From Gordius albopunctatus (lineage: Eukaryota), in contig OZ193909.1 in assembly GCA_964276515.1 (NCBI GenBank), positions 1,364,001 through 1,428,000 of the forward strand: a DNA stretch of 64,000 bases, given 5' to 3'. Positions 49,662-63,450 of this stretch are shown here, piece by piece. Both the position numbers and the translations under genes were made by a program. Within the stretch, counting starts at the first letter, position 1. Each line of letters begins with the position of its first letter. The notes under the pieces were generated by a model. That model did no database searches, was not told the DNA's origin, and saw only the letters and a program-made list of their open reading frames with translations.

Positions 49662-52600
49662 GACTCAAGCAACACTAACAAACCTGTTACGTAAAAAGGT
49701 GTATAACATTTAAACAAATATATGCGAGGATACGAAATTAAATAATTGCAAAATTTTTGCAATATATGATGATTAAAAAATTTGGGTGTCAAGTGCAATT
49801 GCGAAATTGGCATATTTTAGTAGCTAAGTTTGCCGCAAAAATGTACAAATCTGCGAAAACGGATAGTTTTTTTCCAAATTAAAAATACGCCAGGATTCAT
49901 TAACTCACATCCCAAAAAAATTCTTAGAACCCACGGAAACTTCTAATATTAAAAATGTTTTCGTGAAAATTTAAAATTCAAAATCGATTTTTTAAACCGA
50001 ACCCAGGGTAAAGATACACAAAATTCGGCTGAAAAAGGACAGATTTACTAAAGAATATGTCAGTTCGCGATTTATATGGCCTTAGGGTTGTGTTGAAAGT
50101 ATCAAAAGGTGTGCCAAAAAATATCATTACGGGGGTCTAAAGACAACGCTAATAAAAACAAAAATTCAAATTTTTGAAATTTTATATTTAAATATTTCTA
50201 ACTATTTTTCTATAATATAGTTAGTTGTTTTATAAAATTATATATAATACTTAAATTAAAAATAATTCAACAAAATTATTTTTCTAAAAACTGCACAATT
50301 TGAATTAAATTACGAACATCAAATATATAACGAAATGAATGAATGTGATCTAATTCCCAAGATGGGGGGGGAGAGGCTTATAGCACTCCACTCAACATAA
50401 GGTCGAAGGCAGTAGGTCAAGTGGCCTAAAATATCAAGAGTAGTGCCAAAAGGTCACACCACACATAACTCACTCTTTTTTTCGTTTCCAACTAAAAAAA
50501 CTCAAAAATACTATAAAAAATCACCCAAAAATGCACTAATTTAAAAACACGAAATAAATTTAAAAATAATAAAATTTTCATATAAAAGCTTGCTTACGAT
50601 GTGCTTTAAGAAATCGAAAAATATCCAATTACCATATATAAAATTTTGAAGAAATTTATCTAACAAATCGTCAATAGTAATATAAAAAGTTTTTCAGGTT
50701 GAAAATAATTTTAGTGAAATATTGGACATGGCATGATGGGACATTTTGAGATATTTTTGGAGTTGGGTGCCAATTAGAGGCATTTACATGGTCTCGTTAA
50801 TTGTTTCCAAAAATATCATTTAATAAAAACAATTAATAAAGAAACGGCGAAAAAAGTTTTAGCGTTAGATTGGTAAAAATTTCGTGTGTGCGTTTCAAAA
50901 TATCCCAAAAAAAGGCTCAGCCATTTTTAAGCTTTATGACTCAAAGGGTGCGGCAATTAAGGGGAAGAGGGGGGATATATCCCCGGGGATTGGGTGAATC
51001 ATACACCTCCCAACCTAGCAGTATACTTAAATATAATGAATCATTTAGCAATAAATAAATAAATTAATTAATTAATTAAATGCTTATCATTTATTACAAA
51101 ACGTTAAAAAGGATTTTGGAAAACACGAGAGCTAGCTCATAGAGTCAAAAATTACTTGATTTTTGCCCCTCTTCGAACAACACTCGCTTCTTGTCAAAAC
51201 TTCAAAAAAGTTACAAAAAGTTTGAAAAAACTCCATAATTCCCAGCAAACAAAAATCAAAATCCCTGAATCTAGGCTTCTGCAATGGAAAAACTAACAAC
51301 AAAATCCCCGCTCTAAAACTCTCTGGCTTTCGTTGGAGGTTGTAGAGGGAAGTTTAATGACCGGGGCGAATGGGGCAGGATATCCAACAAAGCAAATGAT
51401 TCGCTTTGTTTTCACCGGGATTAAAATGAACCATAAGGAAAGTGCTCCTTTTACACTTCGAGGGGAGTCGCCTAAACATAAATTGGTCCATTTGTATTTA
51501 GTGAACCCCTTGGCTTAGTCAAAATCCGAAAAAACAGACCAGATTCAAACGTTAGTTTAGTTGAACCGAAAGTCGCCCAAACAAAACCCAATTCTTTTTC
51601 CAACATTACAATTATATACTTTCAAACTAAAATTATCCCTTTTCTCATGTCAAACATCTTTAAAATCCAGAAAAATTGATTTTTTAAAAAAATTAAGTTA
51701 TTTGGCATCATTATATGGTGTAAAATAATTAATAATTATATCAAATTTTGAATGCGAAAAATATATAAAAAAATCAAATTTTAAAAAGAAAAATATATGA
51801 ATAGATGAATGAACGCTACTGCAAGGGCATGATGAAATATTGAATTTAGGTGTGCAAAACAATCGATTTTTTATGAAGGGTCAAGGCAGACAAGGGTCAT
51901 TGATGGCACATGTTTTTAGAGCCCTGCGAAATGGATTTTCTTAGCCCAACTCTGGACCAAAATTTTGGCCGACCCGAGGCCGGGCCGATTTTCTTAAATA
52001 AAATATCTAGTCTAATTTTACATATGAAGGTTATTTCAGTATTTCTAATAAATTTATTAAAGATAAGTTTGAAAAAAAATTTATTAAAATAATAATAATT
52101 GTAACAAAACAATCCAACTTTCAAAAATAAATTTTGTTTAACAGTCTCATAAGCCCTTTGAACTATTAACTTATTAGATTTAAAATGTTTGAAAATATTA
52201 TAAATACTGAAATAAAATTTGCAACTTGACAATAAAATAATTAATGACAGGGATGAGATTAACAAAGCTATCTTATTGTACTATATGAAGATATTTATTT
52301 TTAATATATTTGGATTTTTTAAATCGTATTTTATAAATGTTTAGTTGATTATGGTTTAATTTCAGCAAGGCCGTGATAGCCCATGCAAGGCTCTACGTGT
52401 TCTATCATTTTGGTATTTATAAATTTTTAAGATTGTATAAATATAGACACAACTATTTATAAATTCTAAAATTGCTATTTTAAAATAATGTGAAATTTTA
52501 TAAAACATATTTGACATTGAAGGAACTATTTGTCCAAATTTTTCTCTTAAAGCAACTAACTTTTTTGAAATAATTTGTATAACCAATTTAAATTTGCACC

Positions 52601-53425
52601 ATTCATTAAAAAAAGCATATTAATCCTTTAATAATATTTGAAGCAAGAAATATGTATAAGCAATAAGTTTGTTGAAACAATGTGAATATTTTTAAACCCT
52701 TGAGGCTATAAGCAGTATTTTGGCAAATTTATACTTATATAGATCTATAATTAACTTAAAAAAATTTTAAATTATCTTTAATTAAGTAATAATTGTATAA
52801 AGAAACAAAAAAATTCAAATTGCAAGGATGAAAGATTATTAGAAGAACTTGGATCATAAATAAAACTTTATAATATTTTTGTGTATAAAAATTTAGATAC
52901 AAAGTTTAAAAATAAATTGATTTGCATATTTAGCAAGCAAGTAACTTACAAATTAAAAGATATGACCAGTTTAGTTATCCTTTAAATATAATTAGAACAA
53001 GATATACTTATAGTAATAAAAAGAATATAAAATTTTTTATGCAATAATACTAAAACAAAGTAATAATTTGCCGATAATTTAAAGATTTAGATAAATATAA
53101 TACTTTTCAAGATTAGGGTCTTTTCATGATTTGATGCGAATATAAATATATGATAGTTTTACATAAGTAGTTCAAATCCTTATACAAGCCTAACGACGCG
53201 AAGCAGGTGAAAAATGGGTGATGTCAGATTGTCCAAAAATTAAAATCTCCAATAGCTATTAAATTTTTCAAGAATTAAATAGTGTGTATGGAAAATAAAA
53301 TCATAGAAGTAATAAATAAAAAATGCATAAAACTATTATTTTGTAATATATTATCGTTTACTAGCTAATCTGACGCTGTCAGCAAATTTAACATTGCCTA
53401 TTTTTTGCTTATTTACTCTAGCTAG

Positions 53426-54372
53426 TAGAGGTGGGCGCGGCCCTAATTTTTTATTCACGGCCCGCCCACTCACGGTGGTATTAAAAAAAATTCACGCCCA
53501 CTCACGAAAGGCAATATTTTGATTCGCGCACGTCACGCCCGAAAATTCACGGTGTTTTTAAATTTTTCAAAATTAGTAATGGTAACCTATAATTATACAC
53601 TTTGTTGAATTTATTCTATTTATTTCTATAATTCCATAACAAAAAATAATTACAATTTATAAATCAAAATTTTTATTTAAAAAAAGAATAATATTCATGT
53701 TTTTTGATTTTAATTGAGTACGCCTTTCCTCCAACAAGCGATTGGCTACAGAGAACAATCTTTCACTAGATGCCGAACTTGCAGGGGCTGATAAAATTTT
53801 ACTCGCTAATATTTTCAAAAAAGGAAACGAATTTTCATGCTTCCAAAACTTCAAAATACTATCATTATTATTTGTCTTTTGAGCGATGAATCTTTTAAGT
53901 TCATCTTCGCAGCTTTCTTCAATAGATGGTGAGGGTTCATCAGTATCATCTAGAAATTCTCTAAATGTTTCATTTAGAATATTAGGTTTCTTGTGAGTGT
54001 AGGACGAATAATGACAGCTAATAGTTGGTGTTGGCATTGACTCATTCATATCATATTTTATGACATTTAGCATTTTTATGGTAGTTTTATATATATCAAC
54101 TTGCCGAAAACAATCTCGCCGAATTTAATGTCCCACAGAATAATAAATAATATATATATTTGTTAAAATTATAAATCTGCAAATTTATATTAATAAAAAA
54201 CAATTTTAAAAATTAAAATCTCCGTGATTTATGGAAATTTGTGTTCACGCCTCCGTGATTTATGGAAAATTTTGGAAAGGCCCGTCACGCCCAGTCACGC
54301 CTACTAATTTAAAATTTATTCACATTCACGCCGTGACCCACCGTGTAATTTCACGGCCCGTGCCCACCTCTA
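53426..54372. mobile_element. Non-autonomous hAT transposon
   Basis: TIRs TAGAGGTGGGC / GCCCACCTCTA, perfect 8-bp TSD CTAGCTAG (53418-53425 and 54373-54380), and multiple subterminal TCACG repeats at both ends. Confidence 0.93.
53657..54073 (-). pseudogene. hAT transposase C-terminal dimerisation-domain fragment (138 aa)
   Basis: LKFWK...FPFLKILASKILSAPASSASSERLFSVA...RRTQL...ILFLNKN. Confidence 0.88.
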
Positions 54373-54927
54373 CTAGCTAGGTCATAAAGTACGAATCTTT
54401 ACACATATAAATCATTTGAATTTTCTAATTTTTATTTAACTGTAGTCGCTGTTTTAAACGCGCATAAACATTACAAGTTCCAAATTGCAAAGCTGAGAAT
54501 GGGTATTTGACACGCATGCGCAGTAATTAAAAACAAATATTTAGTGAAAGGGGTTTGAATATCTATGAATCGCGAGTTTATATACCAATAGATAACGATA
54601 AACATTCAGCTTAAAGTTAATTCTGTTCGTGTATTCTTTCTCTTATCACCTTGTGCGTATCACAATCAAATCACTTTCAATTTCAAGGTAAATGAATTTG
54701 TTTCCCTACAAATATTTTGTTAAAACTTGTGGGAAAATAACCTTATTTTTGATATGAGGCAACTTTCCCTGGCATACCAATGTTATAGTTACCTCATCTC
54801 GTTTGCTAACTTAGGCTTTTAGATTTAAAAAGAGATAAATGATAATTTTATGAGAGCAGTAATTCTAAATCAAACATTAAATTTTATTTAAAATGTCAGA
54901 AACTTAACGTTACATCTACAGGATTTA

Positions 54928-57022
54928 TTAATATACGACTTTATGGATGTCAGATAGCATTTTTCGAATGGCGAACAAGTTACTGTTCGATAATTTGGAA
55001 TTGTCTTGAGCTTTGCCATCGAGGAATATACTCGGTTTTATAAGGAACTCTTGCCTGTTTCCATCCGTCTGAGTAAATATCCCTCTTTAAAGTATACATA
55101 TAAATTAAATTATTATTATCCGAAAAATTTGGAATTAATCCATCGGCTAAATGATAATTTTTCAGCCATATTTTGCATAATGATCCTTGCCACTCTCTTA
55201 GCTAGATCACGACTTATAGGAGGGCAGGAGTTCTACTCTAACTACCCGTTCAATTTGATTAAATCAATTTTTTATAGCCAAGTCAAGGAGGAATGCATTT
55301 CTTAAATGAGCTTAATTTTCATTATATAAAGACATTAGTTGTAGAGAAATAAATTAATAATTTAATTTATAAACCAATTACACTATAAATATAAGAAAAA
55401 ATAAACCTTAAATTTTTTGGAGGATTATAAAACTTAGCCAAAGCGGGATCTTGGATAATGAGAGCTTCTAAGAACGTTCGTGGAAACCAGGCACATAAAG
55501 TAACTTCATTTGTATTTAGGTGGATCTATGTAAATTAATAATATATTTCGAAATTATATAATGCACTATTAATAATGTAACATGATTTCATATAGACTTG
55601 TTTCGAATAATTTTTGAGGTCTACTTGCCTGTTGTGTTATAGATGCATGGTCTAGAGGAATTTGTAAAATTAGGAAAACATTAATATAATGATTGCCTCT
55701 GCCTATGGTTTCCAAATTTTCTTTAACATCAACAAACTAGAACATTTAAAGAAAAAAATTTCAAATTAATTATCATACTTCCCAAATAGCAGTAATCCAA
55801 GAATCACACACGGGCCAATCATTATAATAGCCAATCATGTACAAGAGAATTTGAAATCCGGCTTCCCTTATCTTGCATAAATAATTATTAAACATTACAG
55901 TATATATTAATAAAAAAACTTACAGCTATTCCTATCGGTAATTTCTGACCTAAGGTAAATTTTGAAATTAAAATACATAGTTATAAGGTTGATCATACTA
56001 GGAAGAATCCAAGAATCTGGAAAGAGAGAAGATTTTGAACTAGTTCTAACAAATAATAAGTTGTCATCTTTGGTATAAAGCATGACACTCAAAACAACTT
56101 CGACACCCCATTTACATGTAAATTGCAAAACAGGTTCTTGCAAATGATTTATTTTGCATGGAAAGTCAGAATGCTATTAAACCCAAAAAATATTTAAAAA
56201 ATTTATTTGTTGCTAATAAAAAATAATTATTAAAAGTTTAATCACTAAGCGAATATATTACAAACCTTAATAAGACATGATCTGTTGGGATCTCTGTTTT
56301 CAGGATCCTCGGGATATATAATCAATCGATGTTCCTCTAATCGTACTTTAACTCTCGCTTCAAACTCTTGTTCAAAGTATTCAACCAAACACTAGCATAT
56401 AAGATAACATAATTTCTTAGATATACAAAAATCAAAGAGAACCATAAATAAATAAATTGATATCAAAATTTTACCGGCCCTTTTACAATGTGGTGACGCT
56501 TAGGCAATTTTTTTAGAATTTTTAAATTGTTTAGTAAACTATTTTTTATAGAAATTTGTTCAGACAAACCTTTAGTGGTACCTGTCGGGTTAAAGACCAG
56601 TTTGTTATTGCTGTTGGAAACAGTTCTTCTTAACAAGTTTAATTTAATTCAATACAATCGAAAGGTTCTTAAAAATTTAACAAGCGCATATAAATCATTT
56701 TTAAGTCCTATAAAAGAAAGTATACCTCGTTAAATTTTGCGGGTCGAATTTTACGTCTCCACGAAAATTGAAGGTAAGCAATGACGGAGTCGATGAAAAA
56801 ATCTGGTCCCCATGGAATATTTTTAGTGCGATTTCTAGATTTTGAATCGTATTTTTCCGAGTTTAAATTTTGATAAGGAAGTAAAGTAGTATTGAAGTAA
56901 CTGACGGGGACATTTGGATTTGGAAAGCGTGGGGTCGGAGCAGAACCGCCGCACGAAGGAGCTTGAGTCTGATCTTGAGTGTTTTTGTCTAACGTTGGTT
57001 GATTGCCTTCGAAAGGCTCCAT
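54928..57022 (-). CDS. NUDT17-like Nudix-fold protein with degenerate Nudix box (~366 aa)
   Basis: Exons 56726-57022, 56266-56391, 55999-56173, 55924-55949, 55779-55871, 55629-55736 (GC donor), 55407-55525 and 54928-55084 join in frame. Motifs GVEVVLSVML..D..LLFVR...FPDSWILP, AIWE, NEVTLCAW and LSNSNLFAI parallel NUDT17 (from memory). Confidence 0.75.
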
Positions 57023-57320
57023 TACAAAGGAAAAAATAAATAAAATTTATATAATTGCATAAACTAGTAATATGTAATTTTAATGAACATTAGATTGTTG
57101 AGTAATGATTTGTAAGTCAACTTATATTTTCTAACAATACAAACTTACTTGAATAAAGTTTTAATGATTCTGGTCATTTAAAGAATAAAAGAGACTTACT
57201 ATCTCTCCATTAATTTATGTTATAAATTTACCAATTTGAAAATAAGCCTTAAAGAATGCGCAATTTGAGGCTTAACACATAAAAAACAATGGAGGTGTTG
57301 AGGTCTGAAAGACCGAATCT

Positions 57321-57477
57321 CTTGGACGTACCCAGGTTTTGGATTAGAAGGGGGCGAAACGTTTAAAAGTTCAATTGGGGGGGTGGGGGGGCCAAACATA
57401 ATTTTAAAGGGTTTTTGACTTGAATTTTTTTTTCGTCATTTAGGTCGCCCCTTGCCCGCCCCCCAGGTCCACCCATG
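57321..57477. mobile_element. hAT-type MITE
   Basis: Imperfect TIRs cttggacgtacc / ggtccacccatg with perfect 8-bp TSD ccgaatct. Confidence 0.75.
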
Positions 57478-58624
57478 CCGAATCTTATTTAATATTAATC
57501 TCCTATGTGCAAATTCCAGGTTTTTAGATAATTTAATGTCCTGAATGTGACCTTATTCAGGGTAAAAGTTATCTTATAAAATAAATTTCCCTCCTAACCA
57601 ATATACCTCATCGGTTGCTTATTTAATAGTTTTATCACTTTGGTGTTGTAGGTTTTCGTAAATTACAAGGATCAGTGAATGTAATAAAAGGATTTTATAT
57701 CTTTCTCGTTTGTCAACTTGTTATTAAAGAATGTTTTCTCTTTATTCTTGCATATTATAATATACTCCTTTACAGTTTTAATTTATATATCAAAAATATA
57801 ACCTCTAGAAAATAATGGCTAGCTATAAAAAACAAATTAATGCAGTGTATGGGATAGCCATGCCCAGGCGTGTTTGCTGGATAAACAATTATTTGTACAG
57901 CCCCTTTCTAAAAATTTTAAATTTGACTTGTGCATGAATGTATTAGATAATTTAAGCTAAATCTTGGATTTAATTTTCAATATGTTTGGGTAAAGATGGC
58001 AGACTTTAGCCGGAAAAAATTGAATGAATATTGTAGAAACAAATATTACTCTAAAATAATGCTCCAGGGTACAAATTCTTTTTTCCCCAATTCAAATCCC
58101 TTTCTAGCCTGACTTCGACTTCATGCAGGATAAACATATAGTCTTATCAGATGCAACCTAAACTCCTCACCTCAACAGCTCTCTTATATTATAAGACAAT
58201 TTTAAACTTGAACAAATTACTTGGCCATAATGAATCATCAAGATTGCTATATACTTTTGATATTAGGTTCATTAGTATATATAGATCAAACAAGTTATTT
58301 TGAAAAAGTTTGTTTTAATTAGGCCACGGTTTTAAATGTAGGAGGTTTACGCAGTCAAAACATTCCTTACATTGATAGAGTTAGTGATGCGGAAAACCCG
58401 AAGCAAATCTATCTCGGTCTCGTCGACGAGAATTTCGACCACCCGACGAGACGAGAATATATTTTATCAGCGAGATCTCTGTCTTAAAATTTCTTGATTT
58501 ACTATCTTCATCATACTACAGTAAATTTAATTGTTTATTTTTTAATTGTAATGTAAGAGAATAAATATTAATTTATGTAATTGGAATAAACTATTGGTAA
58601 ATTTTTTTTCCTATAGCTGTTGTC

Positions 58625-59995
58625 ACAATTAGTGGTCAGCTCCTCCTTCAAGTAGGTTCTTCATTTATACCTGTACTTACACCAGCTTTGCTTTAGCTCC
58701 TACCTTCCCAAGTCCAAATAGATTTTATGTTTCCATGTCAGTTTAAGCCTCTCTCTCTTTCGCTTACATTCGACTTGCAGTTTCTATGCGATTTGCCAGG
58801 TGAGATTCCTCCCGTCTCTCCAAATGGCGATACTATCTCAATCTTCTTACTACTAACTTTCTCTGAATCGGAACCATAATTATATGTCTTGATTACTTAT
58901 ATGGTCTTTTTTGCTTATTCCCAAGATCCATCTTAACATTCGCATCTCCACTGTTGCCAAGTTTTGCCCTTAATTTAAGGCCCGAGCCCTGCCCGGGCTT
59001 TTCCAGGCCGCCCATGCAGGTCTCTACATAGGACACCACTTAACTCTCTGAATTTTAGCCAGCCTGCGTTTATTCTTGCCTTTATTTCGTTTTCCACACC
59101 CCCATCACATTGTACCCTATAACTAAGATATTTGAAATATTTCCTACTGCATAAACACCAGTCATCGATTTTTAGGTGTGCTTCTTTGTATTTGTTACCC
59201 GACTCCAAGCTACATATTCAGTTTTATCTCGGTTGACCCTAAGACCTTTGCTTTCAATTTGATCCACCCATACTTTTTCCTGCTCTGCTAGTTCCACATT
59301 TGAGCCTGCGCACAGGACTATTTTATCCGCAAAGAGCATTGCCCAAGGTGATTCACATTTCAGTTTCTTAGTTATCGAATCCATTATTGTTATGAAGAGC
59401 AATCGACTTAGTGCCGATCCTTGATGCACGCCGACATTTAGACTGAATCCCTTTGACGTACCACTGGATGTCCGAACTTTGGTTTTTGCGTTTCTATACA
59501 TATCCTTTATTAACATTATATAAGTGTCGGGTAAATCATTGGAACTCAAGCTATCCCATATCAACAGGCTTGGCACTTTATCGAAAGCTTTCTCGAGATC
59601 GCTGAAACACATATGAAGTCCCTTTTATGTTTCTTTATATTCCATAAGTCGCCTAAGACTATGTATTGCATCTGAAGTTGACTTTCAAGACTTAAACCCA
59701 AATTGGCGTTAATTTATTGAGATTATTTTTCGCAATCTAGCTTCTATACCCTTTTCCCACACCTTCATTACGTGACTCGCTAACTTTATCCCTTGATAGT
59801 TGTTGCATTCTTCAACATCTCGCTTCAATTTATAGATAGGTATAACATAGCTTTCCCTCTACTCATCAGGCATCAATCATAGCACTTGCAACTATTTTGT
59901 TAAATAGCTTTACAAGTAAATTTACACCTAAGTGTCCTAGGGTCCCACCGCTCTACCCATATCTTCTTAAGCACCTGGAGAACCTCTTCTTCTGT
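58625..59995 (-). mobile_element. Decayed, 5'-truncated RTE retrotransposon
   Basis: Frameshifted RT fragments DLEKAFDKVP, GVHQGSALS, FADK and ARINAGWLKFRELSGVLC; interrupted near 58975-59020 by a GC-rich insert. Confidence 0.88.
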
Positions 59996-60433
59996 AACTT
60001 CTAAATTAAAAATGCCTATTTTACTTGATTTATATAATTTTATCTATTCGAAAAATAGTGTTGTGAATGATTGAACGCGTTCACCGTTCCTTTTTTTGGT
60101 GAACTTTGAACGTGAGTACGTTCCTTTTTTTGATGAACGCGTTCGAATTTAACATTCCTTGAATTTTAAAAACACTTTTTTATTTTTATTTATTTGAAAA
60201 TTAATGTTAATCCGAATTTTTGACAAAAAATTTTATTTTTTTTAGTCGGCTGTTTTTCCTATTACCTATTTCGTAATACTTTTTACATACTATAACATGC
60301 AAAAGAAGATAAGATTAAAGTTTATTAATGTGATATTATATTATTAATTAGAGTTTAATTTATAGGTTGATATGGACAATCATAATATTATATCGTCGTC
60401 ATCTTCAGACTCCCTCATTCCATATAAACCAAA

Positions 60434-63400
60434 ATGTATACTTCAACAAAGACGCAGAATGAAAACCATAGGGCGTCCCCCTTAAGCGACGCGCGCATTC
60501 TTCGCCTGGAATGTGTGGAAAATAAACGAAGGCTACCGCTCTCTCAACAAACGGAAGCGGTTAAAGACATTAGTTTGCGTAGGATAAAGTTTTGGTCATG
60601 GAATATTGGTACAATGACTAGCAAGAGCAGAGAATTGGCAGACGTTCTAAGGAGGAGAAAAATCGATATCGCGTGTATACAAGAGACCAAATGGAAGGCC
60701 CAAAAAGCAAAATACATAGTGGACGGATACAAATTATATTTTTACGGTACAGAAACTCACCGGAATGGCGTCGCTATAGTGCTATTGGAAGAATTTCAGC
60801 AAACTGTCTTCGACGTTAAAAGAATCAATGACAGAATTATGGCGATACAGCTTTGTTATATATCTACTACGATAAACGTTATATCAGCATACGCCCCTCA
60901 AAGTGGATGCTCTCAGACGGAAAAAGAGTGTTTTTGGAAGGAGCTTGAAGATGTTCTATCCCAATTCGGTAAAGAGGGACTAATAATTATCGGAGCGGAC
61001 CTCAATGGACACGTAGGCAAATAGGCAAATCAAGGTGAGGATTTGAAAAAAATCACGGTGGTAGGGGTTACGACCTAAGAAATGAAGGAGGTACGGAAAT
61101 TCTAGAAATTGCTCAAGCTTCTGACCTAGCTATAGGAAATACCTTCTTCAAAAAGAGACAGGAACATCTTATAACGTACAAAAGCGGCAGCCGTACCACT
61201 CAGATAGATTTCTTTCTAGTCAACAGAGCGCACTTAAAGTATGTTCAAAATGTTAAGGTAATACCGAGTGAAATATTGGCCTGCCAACACAAGCTGTTGG
61301 TGATGGACTTTATAATAAAGGGCCTTAAAGGGCAGAAGGTACAAAGAGTAGCCGCTACTATACAATGGAGGAAACTAAAGGATAATATTCAACATTTTCA
61401 GGAACAAGTAATTAAACATGCTGAATTTAAGGGAAATACTTCATGTGAGGATCAATGGGATATAGCTGCCACAATGCGAAAAGCGGGACGACAAATACTA
61501 GGTGAAAGCAAGCCCACTAAAAGAATTCTCAAGGAGACATGGTGGTGGAATGAAGAAGTGCAAAAATGTATCAAGGAAAAGAAGAGATTGTACAAAGTTT
61601 GGTATAAAAGCAAGGATAGTAATGATAAGCAAGCTTACCAAGTAGCTAAAAGATCGGCTAAAAAATTCGTAGCGAAAGCTAAAAACAAGGTGTACGACGA
61701 TATAAATGTAAAACTAAACTCAAAGGAAGGAGAAAGATTGATCTACAAAATCGCAAAGTCAAGGGCCCGAAATTCTAAAGATTACCTAGAATGCCAGCTA
61801 ATTAAGGGTCAAAAGGGAGAACTACTAACACACGACAGCCATATACTACAAAGATGGTACGAGTATTATAGCGATTTATCAATTGAAAAGGGGCCTGTAG
61901 TCGAAGACACTAACGAGGAAAATACAATAGGAGAATTAAACACAGCGGACTGGATCACGGAAACGGAAGTGAAAGTTGCTATGGGTAAACTAAAGTCAGG
62001 AAAAGCTCTTGGACCCGACAATATACCAATAGAGGGCTTCAAAGCGTTAGGCAATACCGGTGCACAATTCCTCGCCAACCTTTTCAACAATATCTTGAAA
62101 ACGGGTAAAATGCCTGACGAGTGGAGGGATAGCTACATGATCCCGATATAGAAGATAAAAGAGGACATTCAGGATTTCAACAATTACAGAGGGATAAAGC
62201 TTATGAGCCATACTTTGAAGGTGTGGGAGAAAGTGATCAAAAAACGGCTTCGGAGTTTGGTTCAAATTCGAGATAACCAATTCGGATTTGCCGGAGAGGT
62301 CTAGAGAAGACGCCCTAAACAGTGTTAGAAGATTAATGGAACGGTTTAAAGAAAGGGAAGAGGATTTGCACACGTGTTTCATCGATCTTGAAAAAGCTTT
62401 TGATAAAGTTCCTCGTAATTTTGTTTGGAAATGTCTTGAAGAAAACAATGTGCCACAAGTATACATCAGTGCAATAAAAGATATGTACAAGGGAAATAGA
62501 ACGTACGTTAGAACAGCGGTGGGGAATACAAAAGGCTTTGCCATCAACACTGGAGTTCATCAAGGTTCAGCTCTTAGTTCCTTCCTATTCATAATGATAA
62601 TGGATAATATTACGAAGGATTTGGGCGAGGAAGCTCCTTGGGCAATAATCTTTGCAGACGATATAATCCTCTGTGCCAAAAGCGAACAAGAATTGGCTAA
62701 CACTGTAAATAGATGGGTAAATACAATAGAAGAAAGTGGTCTCAGGGTAAATAGAAAGAAAACAGAATACATGAAGATAAAGTTTAAATCGGATGAAAAC
62801 CAGCAAAGTGCATCCCTTAGTTTAGGCGATTGGCAACTTACAAGCGTGGATTACTTCAAATATTTAGGATCAACACTTCAATCGGATAGTGGAATGGATA
62901 AAGAGATTCAAGCAAGGATAAATTCCGGATGGCTCAAGTGGAGGGACCTGACAGGTGTTCTGTGTGACAAAAACATCCCGAGAAAACTAAAAGGCGCACT
63001 GTATAAATCCATCATACAGCCAACAGTCCTGTATAGCTCGGAATCATGGGCTATACGTAAAAGAGAGGAGCAACGTCGTGCAGCCATGGAGATGAGAATG
63101 CTAAGATGGGTGCTAAGAGTAAGCAAAAAGGACCATAGGCGAAATGAAGAAATAAGAAGAATTTTGGGTACTACATCAATTGCGACAAAGCTCCTAACAA
63201 ATAGACTAAGATGGTATGGCCATGTAGAAAGAAGGGACGATAGCTTAGTAGGAAAGAAAATCGAGATGATAAATTTCGCAGGAAAACGAAGAAGAGGAAG
63301 ACCCAAGCTAACCTGGATTCATAAAATACGGCATGATATGAAAGTCCACAAGATAAAGAAAGATCTATGTAAACATAGAAACAAATGGAAACGAATGCTG

Positions 63401-63450
63401 AAAGGACTGACCACCAGCCTAGGTGACAAGCAGTCATAGAAAGAAGATCT
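60434..63450 (+). mobile_element. Near full-length but disrupted RTE retrotransposon
   Basis: EN (60434-61024), linker (61276-62151) and RT (62288-63439, FADD) are split by stops and frameshifts; short AGA-rich tail after the stop. Confidence 0.92.

Noticed and set aside
51897..52830. AT-rich minus-strand ORFs as an extra gene
   Set aside because: No recognisable domain and no consistent splice chain; the frame breaks at a homopolymer run.
53450..54360. Repeated TCACG units as a CRISPR-like array
   Set aside because: Irregularly spaced short subterminal repeats of a hAT element in eukaryotic DNA.
55006..55305. Plus-strand 99-aa ORF
   Set aside because: Overlaps the last NUDT17-like exon in antisense and has no independent support.
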